Origin: Bdellovibrionales bacterium
Lineage (GTDB): Bacteria; Bdellovibrionota; Bdellovibrionia; Bdellovibrionales; JAMPXM01
Reading direction: 5' to 3'
Assembly (NCBI GenBank): GCA_043746635.1
Contig: JAYTQQ010000160.1
Coordinates: forward strand, 1 to 60,221
Length of the DNA: 60,221 nt
Below the pieces are notes generated by a model. It made no database searches, was not told the origin of the DNA, and saw only the letters and a list, made by a program, of their open reading frames with translations. Position numbers and translations under genes: made by a program. Shown piece by piece: positions 17,284 through 26,198 of this stretch. Position 1 is the stretch's first letter. The number at the start of each line of letters is the position of its first letter.

Positions 17284-19977
17284 ATGAGCGAAACAGAGAA
17301 TAATTCAAATCCATTAAGTGATCGATACGCGCCGACCGAAGTCGAGACCCGCATTTATCAGTGGTGGGAAACGCAAGGTTATTTTAAAGGTGTCGATCAA
17401 TCGACGAAACCTCCATACAGTATTATTCTGCCTCCGCCGAACGTCACGGGACATCTTCATTTAGGGCATGCACTTGATCACACGATTCAAGATGTGTTGA
17501 TTCGCTTTAAAAGAATGATGGGTTTTAATGCCGTTTGGATTCCGGGAACGGATCACGCTGGTATCGCGACTCAGTCAGTGGTTGAACGCGAACTTAAAAA
17601 AGAAAATATCAATCGCAAAGAAATTGGACGCGAAAAATTTCTCGAAAAAGTCTGGGACTGGAAACGCCAATACGGCACTCGCATCTACGATCAAATGAAA
17701 CGTCTCGGTGATTCGTGCGATTGGGATCGTCAGGTTTTTACACTAGATGAAAGTGTCAGCCGCTCGGTTCGAAAAGTTTTCGTTGATCTCCACAAGCGCG
17801 GACTCATTTACAAGGGTACCCGTTTGATCAATTGGTCGTGGCCTCTTGAAACGGCGATCAGCGATCTCGAAGTTGAACACAAAGAGACCAAAGGTACTCT
17901 CTTCAATATCGATTACCCGATCGAGAATAGCGATGAAGTCTTAACCGTTGCGACGACTCGCCCAGAAACAATGCTCGGTGATACCGCAGTGGCGGTTCAT
18001 CCTCAGGATGAGAGATATAAAAAATATATCGGTAAGCACGTTGTCTTGCCACTGACCGATCGTAAAATTCCGATCATAGCTGACGACTACGTCGATAAAG
18101 AATTTGGTACCGGAGTAGTGAAGATCACTCCAGCACACGATTTTAACGATTACAACGTGGGTGTCAGACATAAACTCGCGATGATTAATCTCATCAACAA
18201 AAACGGAACGATGAATGAGAACGCTGGTAAATACCAAGGCCTTAAGATTCAGGAAGCCCGTAAGCAAATCGTTATTGATCTCAAAGAAATCGGACGTCTA
18301 TCAAAAGAAGAAGTTTATAAACATTCAGTCGGTTACTGTTCTCGTTCGGGCGCAGTGGTTGAGCCTTTCTTGAGTGAGCAATGGTTCGTTCGTGTCGCCG
18401 GTCTTGCCTCAGCCGCTATTTCGGTTGTTGAATCCGGCACCATTCAGTTCGAGCCAGAATCATGGATGAAAACTTATCTGCACTGGATGAGCAACATAGA
18501 AGACTGGTGTATCTCTCGTCAGTTATGGTGGGGTCACCGTATTCCCGCTTGGACTTGCGAGAATCAACATTTAACGGTGACCGAAACGGCTCCGACGAAA
18601 TGTGCCCATTGCAACAGTATCAAACTTTCGCAAGACGAAGACGTACTCGACACTTGGTTTAGTTCGGCTCTTTGGCCTTTCAGCACCATGGGATGGCCAC
18701 AAGATACCGAAACGCAAAAAACTTTTTACCCGACGAATGTTCTCGTTACGGGCCACGATATTATTTTCTTCTGGGTTGCCCGCATGATCATGATGGGACT
18801 CGAATTTAAGAAAGATGTTCCGTTCAGAAAAGTCTACGTTCACGGTTTGATCCGCGATGCCGAAGGCAAAAAGATGTCGAAGTCTTCGGGCAATTCGCTC
18901 GATCCGGTTGAGCTCATTAACGAGTACGGTGCCGATGCTCTCAGATTTACGTTGATGGCTCAAATTGCCGGCGGTCGCGATCTTAAATTTTCAGAGTCAC
19001 GTCTCGAAGGCTACCGCAACTTCATGAACAAAATTTGGAATGCGACTCGATTTTCTTTGACGGCTCTTGCTGATTTTAAAGTGCCGGCAGAGAGAGTGAA
19101 GGCACTGCCGAACGCGATTGATCTGTCGATCCCTGATAAATGGATTATCTTTCGCCAGTCTCAAGTTGCAAAAGTTGTTGAAGAAGCTCTCGACGAGTAT
19201 CGTTTTTCAGATGCGGCCAATGCGCTCTATGCCTTCGTGTGGAATGATTTCTGCGACTGGTACCTTGAACTTGTAAAACCAATTATTTACGGTGAACCAT
19301 CAAGCGAGCGAACGGCAACCCAACTGGTTCTTGCACAAACTCTCAACCGGATCATGAGATTCTTGCATCCGTTTACTCCCTTCATCACTGAAGAGCTCTA
19401 TCATAAATTGCCGATTCGTGGTGATGCGCTCATCATTGATCAATATCCGACGTTGAGAAATGATAAAGCTTGGTACTCGGTTGGTAACAAAGAATCCGCT
19501 TTCGAAATGGAACTCGTAAAAGAAGTCATCACCGCCATCCGAAATATTCGTGGCGAAAATGGAATCAAACCAGGTGTTCAGTTGAAGGTTCGTTTGGCTC
19601 CGCTTGATGACCGAGTTCAAAAAATCCTCGGCGAAAATAAAGTTGTGATCATGCGACTTGCTCGCCTCAGTGATTGCGAAATAGCGGTCGGTGGTAATTT
19701 ACAAAAATGTGCGCTAACGCCGGTGCGACTGTCAGACGCCGGAGTCGACGTCATTGTGCCGCTTGAGGCTGTTGTCGATATCGAAGAAGAAGTAAAACGG
19801 ATTAACAAATCTGTTGAGAAAATTCAAAAAGATATTGCGATGCTAAACGCTAAGCTCAACAACGAAAACTATGTGAAAAATGCACCCGAAGACATAGTAG
19901 CTGCTGATAAAGTTTTAGTTGCGCAGTTCACTGCCCAAGTCGTCAAACTTCAAGATTCACTGAGCCGGCTAGCCTAA
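17284..19977 (+). CDS. valS: valine--tRNA ligase
   Basis: 897 aa with HIGH motif (PPPNVTGHLHLGHAL), KMSKS motif (KMSKSSGN), editing domain and C-terminal coiled coil. Confidence 0.97.
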   Translation: MSETENNSNPLSDRYAPTEVETRIYQWWETQGYFKGVDQSTKPPYSIILPPPNVTGHLHLGHALDHTIQDVLIRFKRMMGFNAVWIPGTDHAGIATQSVVERELKKENINRKEIGREKFLEKVWDWKRQYGTRIYDQMKRLGDSCDWDRQVFTLDESVSRSVRKVFVDLHKRGLIYKGTRLINWSWPLETAISDLEVEHKETKGTLFNIDYPIENSDEVLTVATTRPETMLGDTAVAVHPQDERYKKYIGKHVVLPLTDRKIPIIADDYVDKEFGTGVVKITPAHDFNDYNVGVRHKLAMINLINKNGTMNENAGKYQGLKIQEARKQIVIDLKEIGRLSKEEVYKHSVGYCSRSGAVVEPFLSEQWFVRVAGLASAAISVVESGTIQFEPESWMKTYLHWMSNIEDWCISRQLWWGHRIPAWTCENQHLTVTETAPTKCAHCNSIKLSQDEDVLDTWFSSALWPFSTMGWPQDTETQKTFYPTNVLVTGHDIIFFWVARMIMMGLEFKKDVPFRKVYVHGLIRDAEGKKMSKSSGNSLDPVELINEYGADALRFTLMAQIAGGRDLKFSESRLEGYRNFMNKIWNATRFSLTALADFKVPAERVKALPNAIDLSIPDKWIIFRQSQVAKVVEEALDEYRFSDAANALYAFVWNDFCDWYLELVKPIIYGEPSSERTATQLVLAQTLNRIMRFLHPFTPFITEELYHKLPIRGDALIIDQYPTLRNDKAWYSVGNKESAFEMELVKEVITAIRNIRGENGIKPGVQLKVRLAPLDDRVQKILGENKVVIMRLARLSDCEIAVGGNLQKCALTPVRLSDAGVDVIVPLEAVVDIEEEVKRINKSVEKIQKDIAMLNAKLNNENYVKNAPEDIVAADKVLVAQFTAQVVKLQDSLSRLA

Positions 19978-20066
19978 AAGCTGCCGGATCCTGGCTCACT
20001 GGCTAAAAGCTCTTCAGTGGCAATTCAGGCGAGACCTAAAATCTCAATAAATTCGGTGGTTTAATT

Positions 20067-20082
20067 TGGTACCACGTTTGCT
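20067..20082 (+). promoter_or_regulatory. sigma-54-like promoter upstream of the C1 peptidase gene
   Basis: TGGTAC-cacgt-TTGCT, one mismatch to TGGCAC-N5-TTGCW. The -12 GC is only 16 nt before the ATG at 20097. Confidence 0.45.
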
Positions 20083-20096
20083 TTATAATCTCTCGA

Positions 20097-21401
20097 ATGA
20101 ACCATCCCGAAAATCTCTCTTTCTTTAATCGTTTCTCGCCCTTCTACCTCTTCGCGATTCTATTTTTCGCGTTTAGCATTTCGCAGAATATTGAGGCCCG
20201 TGACATCAACACCTGCGATAGTTTATTCCTAACCGAGAGCAACGCCATGAAAGGGCATTTCGTTGCGGTTCCTGGCGGAATCTCGCACGGAACCATCCAC
20301 AATCAAAAAAGCGGAGAAGATTGTTGGGCTCACGCTTTTACGGGCGTCATCGAAGATGTTTACCGAAAAAATCATGGTAAAAATATCAATCTGTCTCCAG
20401 AGTACGATCTCTTTTGGCATGTGTATCTTCAGGTGAAACAGCACTCACAAAAATTTTATTCGCTTCGCAAAGACACAGAATCAAAGCCGTTGACCGAAAA
20501 AGAAAAGAAAGACCAGGAAGTTATCGATAAAGCTTACGGACTTTCGAAATCACGAAAGGTCGACGTCAATCAAGGTTTTCAAATCGATATCGGCGCGACG
20601 GGCGCGGAAGCCATCGCGAAAGTTAATTTCTCTGGTGTCGTACCGAGAGCCCGCTTTGATCAGCGTATTTCAACGGATGATCTCGAACAAAAGTTAGAAA
20701 GAGGGCTTGGTCATTTCGTCGGAAATTATCTGATGAAGTCAGGAAATTTAGAGAAGTACGCAGCAAAGTTTAACGATAAAGACGGCGTGAACACGGCACT
20801 CTTCAATGACCTTGTCGAATCGCTTATGAAACACGAACATTTTCTGACCGAAATTCCCTTAAGACCCGATGATGAATTTGTTTACAATAATCGAAAATCG
20901 ACTCCAAGAAAATTTTTGACTGAAGTCATGCAATTTAAATCCGAAGATTACGAAGCGATTCTGACGACTCCAAAAACTCAAACGCTTGCGCTTGAAGCGG
21001 TTGCTGATTCGATTCGAAACTACGAACTACCCGTCGCTATCGGCATCAACGTATTTGGAACCGACGACCAGTGGAGTGATCAAGTCAACGCCGGTCTATT
21101 TTCGCTTAAGCTCTGTAAAGGCTGTAAGCTCATTACGGGTGGGCACGAAATCATCGTCGTGAATTATCTTTTCAAAGAAAAGATCAATCGACCTACGGCT
21201 CTTATCGTTCAAAATTCATACGGCCGTTTAGGAAATCGCGATATTAATGGCGATATCGCGAAGTCTCCGACAGAGGCTGGGTTTTATATTATCACCCTTG
21301 ATTATCTCAACAATGCAGAAGCAGACACTGCTTGGGATATGCTTCTGGCAAAGAGCACCCTCAAGGGCAATTTGAAATACAAAGATCTCATTCCTGAATA
21401 G
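20097..21401 (+). CDS. secreted papain-like (C1 family) cysteine peptidase
   Basis: Signal peptide. Catalytic Cys context NQKSGEDCWAHAFTG (Q...CW.F pattern). His context GGHEIIVVNY. VQNSYG resembles the NSWG motif. Confidence 0.65.
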   Translation: MNHPENLSFFNRFSPFYLFAILFFAFSISQNIEARDINTCDSLFLTESNAMKGHFVAVPGGISHGTIHNQKSGEDCWAHAFTGVIEDVYRKNHGKNINLSPEYDLFWHVYLQVKQHSQKFYSLRKDTESKPLTEKEKKDQEVIDKAYGLSKSRKVDVNQGFQIDIGATGAEAIAKVNFSGVVPRARFDQRISTDDLEQKLERGLGHFVGNYLMKSGNLEKYAAKFNDKDGVNTALFNDLVESLMKHEHFLTEIPLRPDDEFVYNNRKSTPRKFLTEVMQFKSEDYEAILTTPKTQTLALEAVADSIRNYELPVAIGINVFGTDDQWSDQVNAGLFSLKLCKGCKLITGGHEIIVVNYLFKEKINRPTALIVQNSYGRLGNRDINGDIAKSPTEAGFYIITLDYLNNAEADTAWDMLLAKSTLKGNLKYKDLIPE

Positions 21402-21403
21402 AA

Positions 21404-22387
21404 CTATTTGAGTAATCCAATTTCGCGAAGACGTTGCATTAAAAAGTCTTGCGAAGTGATGTCTGGATATTTTGCTCCGGCACCTTTGCAAGAGGGCAAA
21501 CAGCTCAGCATCGCATCTGGATTGGGGTGGATAAAGAAAGGCATTGAATAGCGATCCGTTTTGGAATCGACCGGATTCACCACTCGGTGAGTCGTCGAAG
21601 GAATTACGTCATTCGTTAAACGAGCGAGCATATCACCAGCGTCGACAATCAAAGAGTTTGGATCTGATTCAATATCAAGCCAAGTACCATCGTGATCTTT
21701 CAGCTGCAGCCCGCTCGCCGTTGCGCTCACTAAAATAGTTATGAAATTAATGTCTTCATGAGCTGCAGCACGAATACTTCTTGGATCTGCTCCTTCAGGA
21801 ATGGGCGGGTAATGAAGTAAACGTAAGATCGAATTTCCGTCGCTGGCCATTGAACTTAAAAATCCTTTTGGGACATCAAGCGGAGCCGCGAGAGTTTCAA
21901 GTAAGGTCCGACCTGTTTGATCGAGAGCTTTATAAATTTTCGTAAAGACTTCTTTGAATTCTTTTACTTCGGCGGGCCAAATATTTTCAAAATAATATTG
22001 CTCGTAACGATGACCCTTGGTGATTTCGCGACCAACATGCCAAAATTCTTTTAAATCAGAGATCGGATTATTCTTTGCGTGCTCAGTCCCAAAAGGAGTG
22101 TAGCCACGTTGAAAACCATTATTGAAAAGTGCGTATTTATTTTTTGTGTCGACCGGTAAAGCGAAAAGCTCTTGCATGAGTTCGTAAGCTTTTTTCAAAA
22201 GGCTGACTTCGACATTGTGATCTTTTAAAACGATGAAGCCGTAATCTTTGAGTCCGAGAAAAAACTGATCTATAAAACGAGCGCGCTCGGTGAGACCGCC
22301 ATGCAAATAGGTACCCAGACTTAGTTCAGGGACTTTGCGCGAAGAATTCATTGGCATTGACTTAGCGGTATTTAGAGCTGTTTCCAT
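21404..22387 (-). CDS. 2-oxoglutarate/Fe(II)-dependent oxygenase (isopenicillin N synthase-like family)
   Basis: HYPPIP...AAHEDINFITIL (HxD) ...STTHRV (distal His and Arg). 327 aa. Confidence 0.8.
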   Translation of the reverse strand: METALNTAKSMPMNSSRKVPELSLGTYLHGGLTERARFIDQFFLGLKDYGFIVLKDHNVEVSLLKKAYELMQELFALPVDTKNKYALFNNGFQRGYTPFGTEHAKNNPISDLKEFWHVGREITKGHRYEQYYFENIWPAEVKEFKEVFTKIYKALDQTGRTLLETLAAPLDVPKGFLSSMASDGNSILRLLHYPPIPEGADPRSIRAAAHEDINFITILVSATASGLQLKDHDGTWLDIESDPNSLIVDAGDMLARLTNDVIPSTTHRVVNPVDSKTDRYSMPFFIHPNPDAMLSCLPSCKGAGAKYPDITSQDFLMQRLREIGLLK

Positions 22388-22458
22388 AAATCTCCCTCAA
22401 GACTAGGTTTTAAGCATCTACATTTTTACTGGACGCACTGACCTTTAATCAAGCGATT

Positions 22459-23190
22459 TTATTTCTTGAAATCCGGAATGAGGTCGGTAACGACAGCGAC
22501 TCCGTCACGCATTTGAAAAACAACATTAAAGTCTTCAAGGCAAAATCCATATTCGCTCATGTAAGGGTCTGGATTCTCTACTGTTCCCTTATAGAAGTTG
22601 GGCCTTGGATCAAGCTCCAGAGTTTGCTGAATGAGACTCTTCAATTCAACTTGTGAATGATACTTTGATTTTTTTGCATAGATCTCAATTTTTGAAAGAA
22701 CCCGGACTTCAAATTCGACAGAAAGGCGCTCGATAGGCTTCGCCGTGAGCCAGCCTTCAGTTGCAGCGGCTATAGCGTCGAAGCTAGGTAAGTAAGGCTT
22801 CAGATCAAGGATTGGAGTGCCTTCGATGAAATCGACTCCACCGACGAGAAGTTCACTGCCTTTGATTTCAAGAGTTTGAACCGCCGACAGTCCGATAGGA
22901 TTTGGCCGATGCGGTGAGCGTGAAGCGAAGACACCGATTTTTTCTCCACCGAGGCGTGGAGGATGAATTTTATTTTTGATCGTCTTATTGGTGTTTTGGT
23001 GAAATACGAAGACGACCCATAAATGCGAAAAGCCCTCAAGACCCTCGAGGGCTCCGCGAAACTCGTCGTGAATGATGAGTCTCGCACGAGCCAAAGGCAC
23101 GAGGCCTGGCTGGCGAGGAGTTCCGAATCGCTCTTTAAAACATGATTCGACAAACCCGATACTTCTAAATTGGTACGAGTTTGTCTTCAA
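22459..23190 (-). CDS. trmO: tRNA (N6-threonylcarbamoyladenosine(37)-N6)-methyltransferase TrmO
   Basis: FGTPRQPGL...HLWVVFVFH...RSPHRPNPIGLS...GTPILDLKPY, the YaeB/TrmO signatures. Confidence 0.85.
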   Translation of the reverse strand: MKTNSYQFRSIGFVESCFKERFGTPRQPGLVPLARARLIIHDEFRGALEGLEGFSHLWVVFVFHQNTNKTIKNKIHPPRLGGEKIGVFASRSPHRPNPIGLSAVQTLEIKGSELLVGGVDFIEGTPILDLKPYLPSFDAIAAATEGWLTAKPIERLSVEFEVRVLSKIEIYAKKSKYHSQVELKSLIQQTLELDPRPNFYKGTVENPDPYMSEYGFCLEDFNVVFQMRDGVAVVTDLIPDFKK

Positions 23191-23192
23191 AA

Positions 23193-23468
23193 TTACTGAC
23201 CATCTAAATCGGCATCAGCCGGCTTTTCAGAAATATCTTTAAAGTCGATCGTAATTCTTTGATCTTGCGGAGTAAAAGAATAAATTTGTGCGCTTTTATC
23301 ACGCTGACACCAGCCGACGCCTGAATCGCAATACATCGCAGAACCTTCTGGAGCCTTGCCGGAAATCATCGCTGGCTGTGAACCAAAGCTTACCTTTGGA
23401 GAAGTTTGGGCCCTCGCAATTTGAACCGAAATGAGCGCGAAACTCAGAGATAACAATTGAATTTTCAT
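23193..23468 (-). CDS. small secreted hypothetical protein
   Basis: The ATG at 23468 has AAGGTGA 5 nt upstream. Signal peptide MKIQLLSLSFALISVQIARA. Its stop lies 2 nt before the trmO start. Confidence 0.5.
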   Translation of the reverse strand: MKIQLLSLSFALISVQIARAQTSPKVSFGSQPAMISGKAPEGSAMYCDSGVGWCQRDKSAQIYSFTPQDQRITIDFKDISEKPADADLDGQ

Positions 23469-23593
23469 ATCGTTCACCTTTTTTGTCAGAGACAAAAATT
23501 GTTTCGTCTCAGTAAGTTTTATCATCCAAAAATGACTGATGAGCTTTTGGATGTGATGACTTAAGGCTTAGCAAGGGAGATACCAGCAGAGCG

Positions 23594-24211
23594 CTACCAC
23601 CACGCAGAGTAAATGTAATAATTATAATTGTAGTAAGACGGATAATAGAAAGTCGGCTGGTAATACCAGTAAGAATAATTCGAATAATAGGTTGGAAGAT
23701 AATTATAGCCGCCGTAGTTCACGCCATAATTCGGGTAGTAGTAATGATTATAATTGTATCCACCGTTTCCATAATAGTTTGGATAGTTGCAGTAGCCGCA
23801 ACCGTAGTTGCCGCCGCGATAGTAATCCGCAGTGAGCTGAACCGTTTGTTGCTGCCCAGAAGCTACAAAATCTTTCGGCTGTTGAACAAAGTAAGAGCCC
23901 TGTTGAGCTGTCGGGTAGCCTTGACTCCCAGAGATGACTTGAGCGCTATTTACCGACTGCCAATTTTGCTGATTCGTCGCGAACTGTGAAAAGTTTTGCT
24001 GAGAAGGGACCATATCGAGATTCACGTATTCAGCAATCGCTGGGTTTTGTTGATTCACCCTAACGACAACTACTTTTGAAGTTGCGGGACCCGTTTGTTG
24101 TTGTTGGCCGTATTGGTTACCCATGGTGCTTTCAGGGCTATGGTTACAAGCGGTCAGTAGTTGCACGATAAGTACGACGGCAAATATGAGAGACACTTTT
24201 TTCACGGTCAA
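23594..24211 (-). CDS. lipoprotein with a Gln-rich middle region and an extreme Tyr/Asn/Gly-rich C-terminus
   Basis: Lipobox LLTA-C. The C-terminal ~80 aa read YYRGGNYGCGYCNYPNYYGNGGYNYNHYYYPNYGVNYGGYNYLPTYYSNYSYWYYQPTFYYPSYYNYNYYIYSAWW. Confidence 0.6.
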   Translation of the reverse strand: MTVKKVSLIFAVVLIVQLLTACNHSPESTMGNQYGQQQQTGPATSKVVVVRVNQQNPAIAEYVNLDMVPSQQNFSQFATNQQNWQSVNSAQVISGSQGYPTAQQGSYFVQQPKDFVASGQQQTVQLTADYYRGGNYGCGYCNYPNYYGNGGYNYNHYYYPNYGVNYGGYNYLPTYYSNYSYWYYQPTFYYPSYYNYNYYIYSAWW

Positions 24212-24303
24212 ATCCTCTACTCGGAGAAAACGTTTATTTGAGTGAGGAATTAATCCAGAATATTTTATGAAGCAAAGAAATTTTCGAGGCGTGTTTTTTT
24301 TAC

Positions 24304-26190
24304 CTATTCGACCGTTACTGATTTAGCGAGGTTCCTTGGTTGGTCGACATCATACTCGAGTGCCCGCGCCACATGATAAGCCAAAAGCTGGAGCGGAATC
24401 ACCTCAAGGAGAGGGTTTACGAACCAATCCGCTTCAGGAAGAGAGAGATAGTATTCACTCAAGTCTTTGAGCTCTCGGCAATCTCCTGTGCCGATCGAGA
24501 TGATCTTGCCACCACGAGCTTTTGCTTCTTGAAGGTTGCTCAGGGTCTTTTCGAAATGCTTATCCCTCGGGGCCACCATCACAATCAGCATACGCTCATC
24601 GATCAAGGCAAGCGGGCCATGCTTCATTTCGCCGGCTGCATATCCCTCGGCGTGCATATATGCGAGTTCTTTGAGTTTTAGAGCCCCTTCCATCGCGAGG
24701 GGGTAGCTGATCCCTCGTCCCATGTAGAGAAGTCCCTTGAACGATTTGAAAGTCTTCGCCGCTTCAGCGAAGAACTTATCGTAGGAGAGCACGGCCTCCA
24801 TTTGGGAGGGGGCCGCGAGGAGCGCGTGGAGATTATGTTTTTCTTGATGCTCGGTCAATTGGTCGCGAGACTTTGCAATCTGCAATGCAAGTAAATTAAA
24901 GACGGCGAGAGTCGCGACGAAAGCTTTGGTGCTAGCGACCCCAACTTCGGTGCCGGCGTTCAAGTACAAGTGGCCTTGAGCCTCACGGTCGATGCTCGAG
25001 TGCTGAACGTTCGTGATGCTGAGGGTGATCGCCCCGCACTGTTTTGCGAGTCTTAAAGCCGCGAGGGTGTCGGCGGTTTCGCCACTTTGGGAGACGACTA
25101 CCACCATCGAATTTTTAGGAATAACGGGATCACGGTAGCGAAATTCACTCGCGATGTCGACTTCGACCGGGAGCTTCGCAAAATTCTCGATGAGGTATTC
25201 GCCCACTTGCCCGGCGTAAAAGCTCGTGCCGCATGCGATGATGAAAACGCGCTCGATATCTTTAAAAACTTGTTGAGTCTTAGCATTATCTTTTTTGGAG
25301 TCGAGCTTCGGGAGTTGTTCGTAATTATCGGCAGAGAAGCCGAGGCCCGTGAGTTGCACCTGCATTTTATCGAGATCAATGTGGGGAGCGAGGGCGCTCG
25401 CAACCGCGCGGGGCTCTTCGAAGATCTCTTTGAGCATGAATGTGTCGTAGCCCGCTTTTTCAATAACTTTCGCGTTCCACTCGATGAGGTGAGGTCTACG
25501 CGTAACGGGTTTGAAGTCAGCGTCAAATACTTTAAACTGAGTGCCACGCACCTCAACAGTCTCGAAGTCTTCGAGGTACATAATATTTTTTGTGTATTCA
25601 ACGATTGCTTGAACATCGCTTGCGATCACCACTTCTTTTGGACTTACGCCCAAAATCAAAGGAGGACCATTTTTAAAAGCAACGAGAGTATCTGGTTGGT
25701 TTTTGCAGACGACGACGATCGAGTAAGCGCCACGAAGCTTTGGTAAAATATTATGCACTGAAGTGAGAAGGTTTTGAGTTTTTGCGATATCACGCGCGAT
25801 CAAATGCGCGACCAGTTCAGAGTCGGTGTCAGACGAAAACTTGACTCCCTCTTTCGCTAGCTTTTCTTTAATCTCTTGGTAATTTTCGATGATTCCGTTG
25901 TGAACGAGACTCACGCCATCAACCGAATGGGGATGGGCATTGCGTTCGCTCGGAACTCCGTGAGTGGCCCAGCGTGTGTGACCAATGCCGATGTGGCCAT
26001 CGAACGTTTCGTGTTCGAGTTTCTTTTGGAGTTCAGAAAGTTTTCCGGAGGCTCTGACAACTTTGAAATTACCGTGATCGAGAATTGCCACTCCGGCAGA
26101 ATCGTATCCACGATATTCTAATTTTTTGAGTCCGTTGATGATGACATCTTTTGGGTTATGAGGACCCCAGTAACCTACGATTCCACACAT
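24304..26190 (-). CDS. glmS: glutamine--fructose-6-phosphate aminotransferase
   Basis: MCGIVGY N-terminal nucleophile, two SIS domains, C-terminal ...NLAKSVTVE. 628 aa. Confidence 0.97.
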   Translation of the reverse strand: MCGIVGYWGPHNPKDVIINGLKKLEYRGYDSAGVAILDHGNFKVVRASGKLSELQKKLEHETFDGHIGIGHTRWATHGVPSERNAHPHSVDGVSLVHNGIIENYQEIKEKLAKEGVKFSSDTDSELVAHLIARDIAKTQNLLTSVHNILPKLRGAYSIVVVCKNQPDTLVAFKNGPPLILGVSPKEVVIASDVQAIVEYTKNIMYLEDFETVEVRGTQFKVFDADFKPVTRRPHLIEWNAKVIEKAGYDTFMLKEIFEEPRAVASALAPHIDLDKMQVQLTGLGFSADNYEQLPKLDSKKDNAKTQQVFKDIERVFIIACGTSFYAGQVGEYLIENFAKLPVEVDIASEFRYRDPVIPKNSMVVVVSQSGETADTLAALRLAKQCGAITLSITNVQHSSIDREAQGHLYLNAGTEVGVASTKAFVATLAVFNLLALQIAKSRDQLTEHQEKHNLHALLAAPSQMEAVLSYDKFFAEAAKTFKSFKGLLYMGRGISYPLAMEGALKLKELAYMHAEGYAAGEMKHGPLALIDERMLIVMVAPRDKHFEKTLSNLQEAKARGGKIISIGTGDCRELKDLSEYYLSLPEADWFVNPLLEVIPLQLLAYHVARALEYDVDQPRNLAKSVTVE

Positions 26191-26198
26191 TTTTGCCT

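Noticed and set aside
25087-25746. Long antisense ORFs inside well-supported genes: 219 aa opposite glmS, 208 aa at 1864-2490 opposite the sulfatase-like gene, 157 aa at 35293-35766 opposite the thiolase, 171 aa at 50944-51459 opposite ubiB/rnr, 230 aa at 55298-55990 opposite the recombinase, and 110 aa at 13214-13546 opposite divIVA.
   Set aside because: Each lies fully within a gene that has strong family motifs on the other strand. Their translations are low-complexity or Arg/Ser/Leu-rich with no motifs, SD or signal. This is typical of frame-shadow ORFs.
26191-26198. A glmS ribozyme or other riboswitch upstream of glmS.
   Set aside because: glmS follows glmU by only 8 nt in an operon, which leaves no room for a leader RNA. 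No riboswitch-like conserved structure was recognised upstream of glmU, purD, thyA or valS either.
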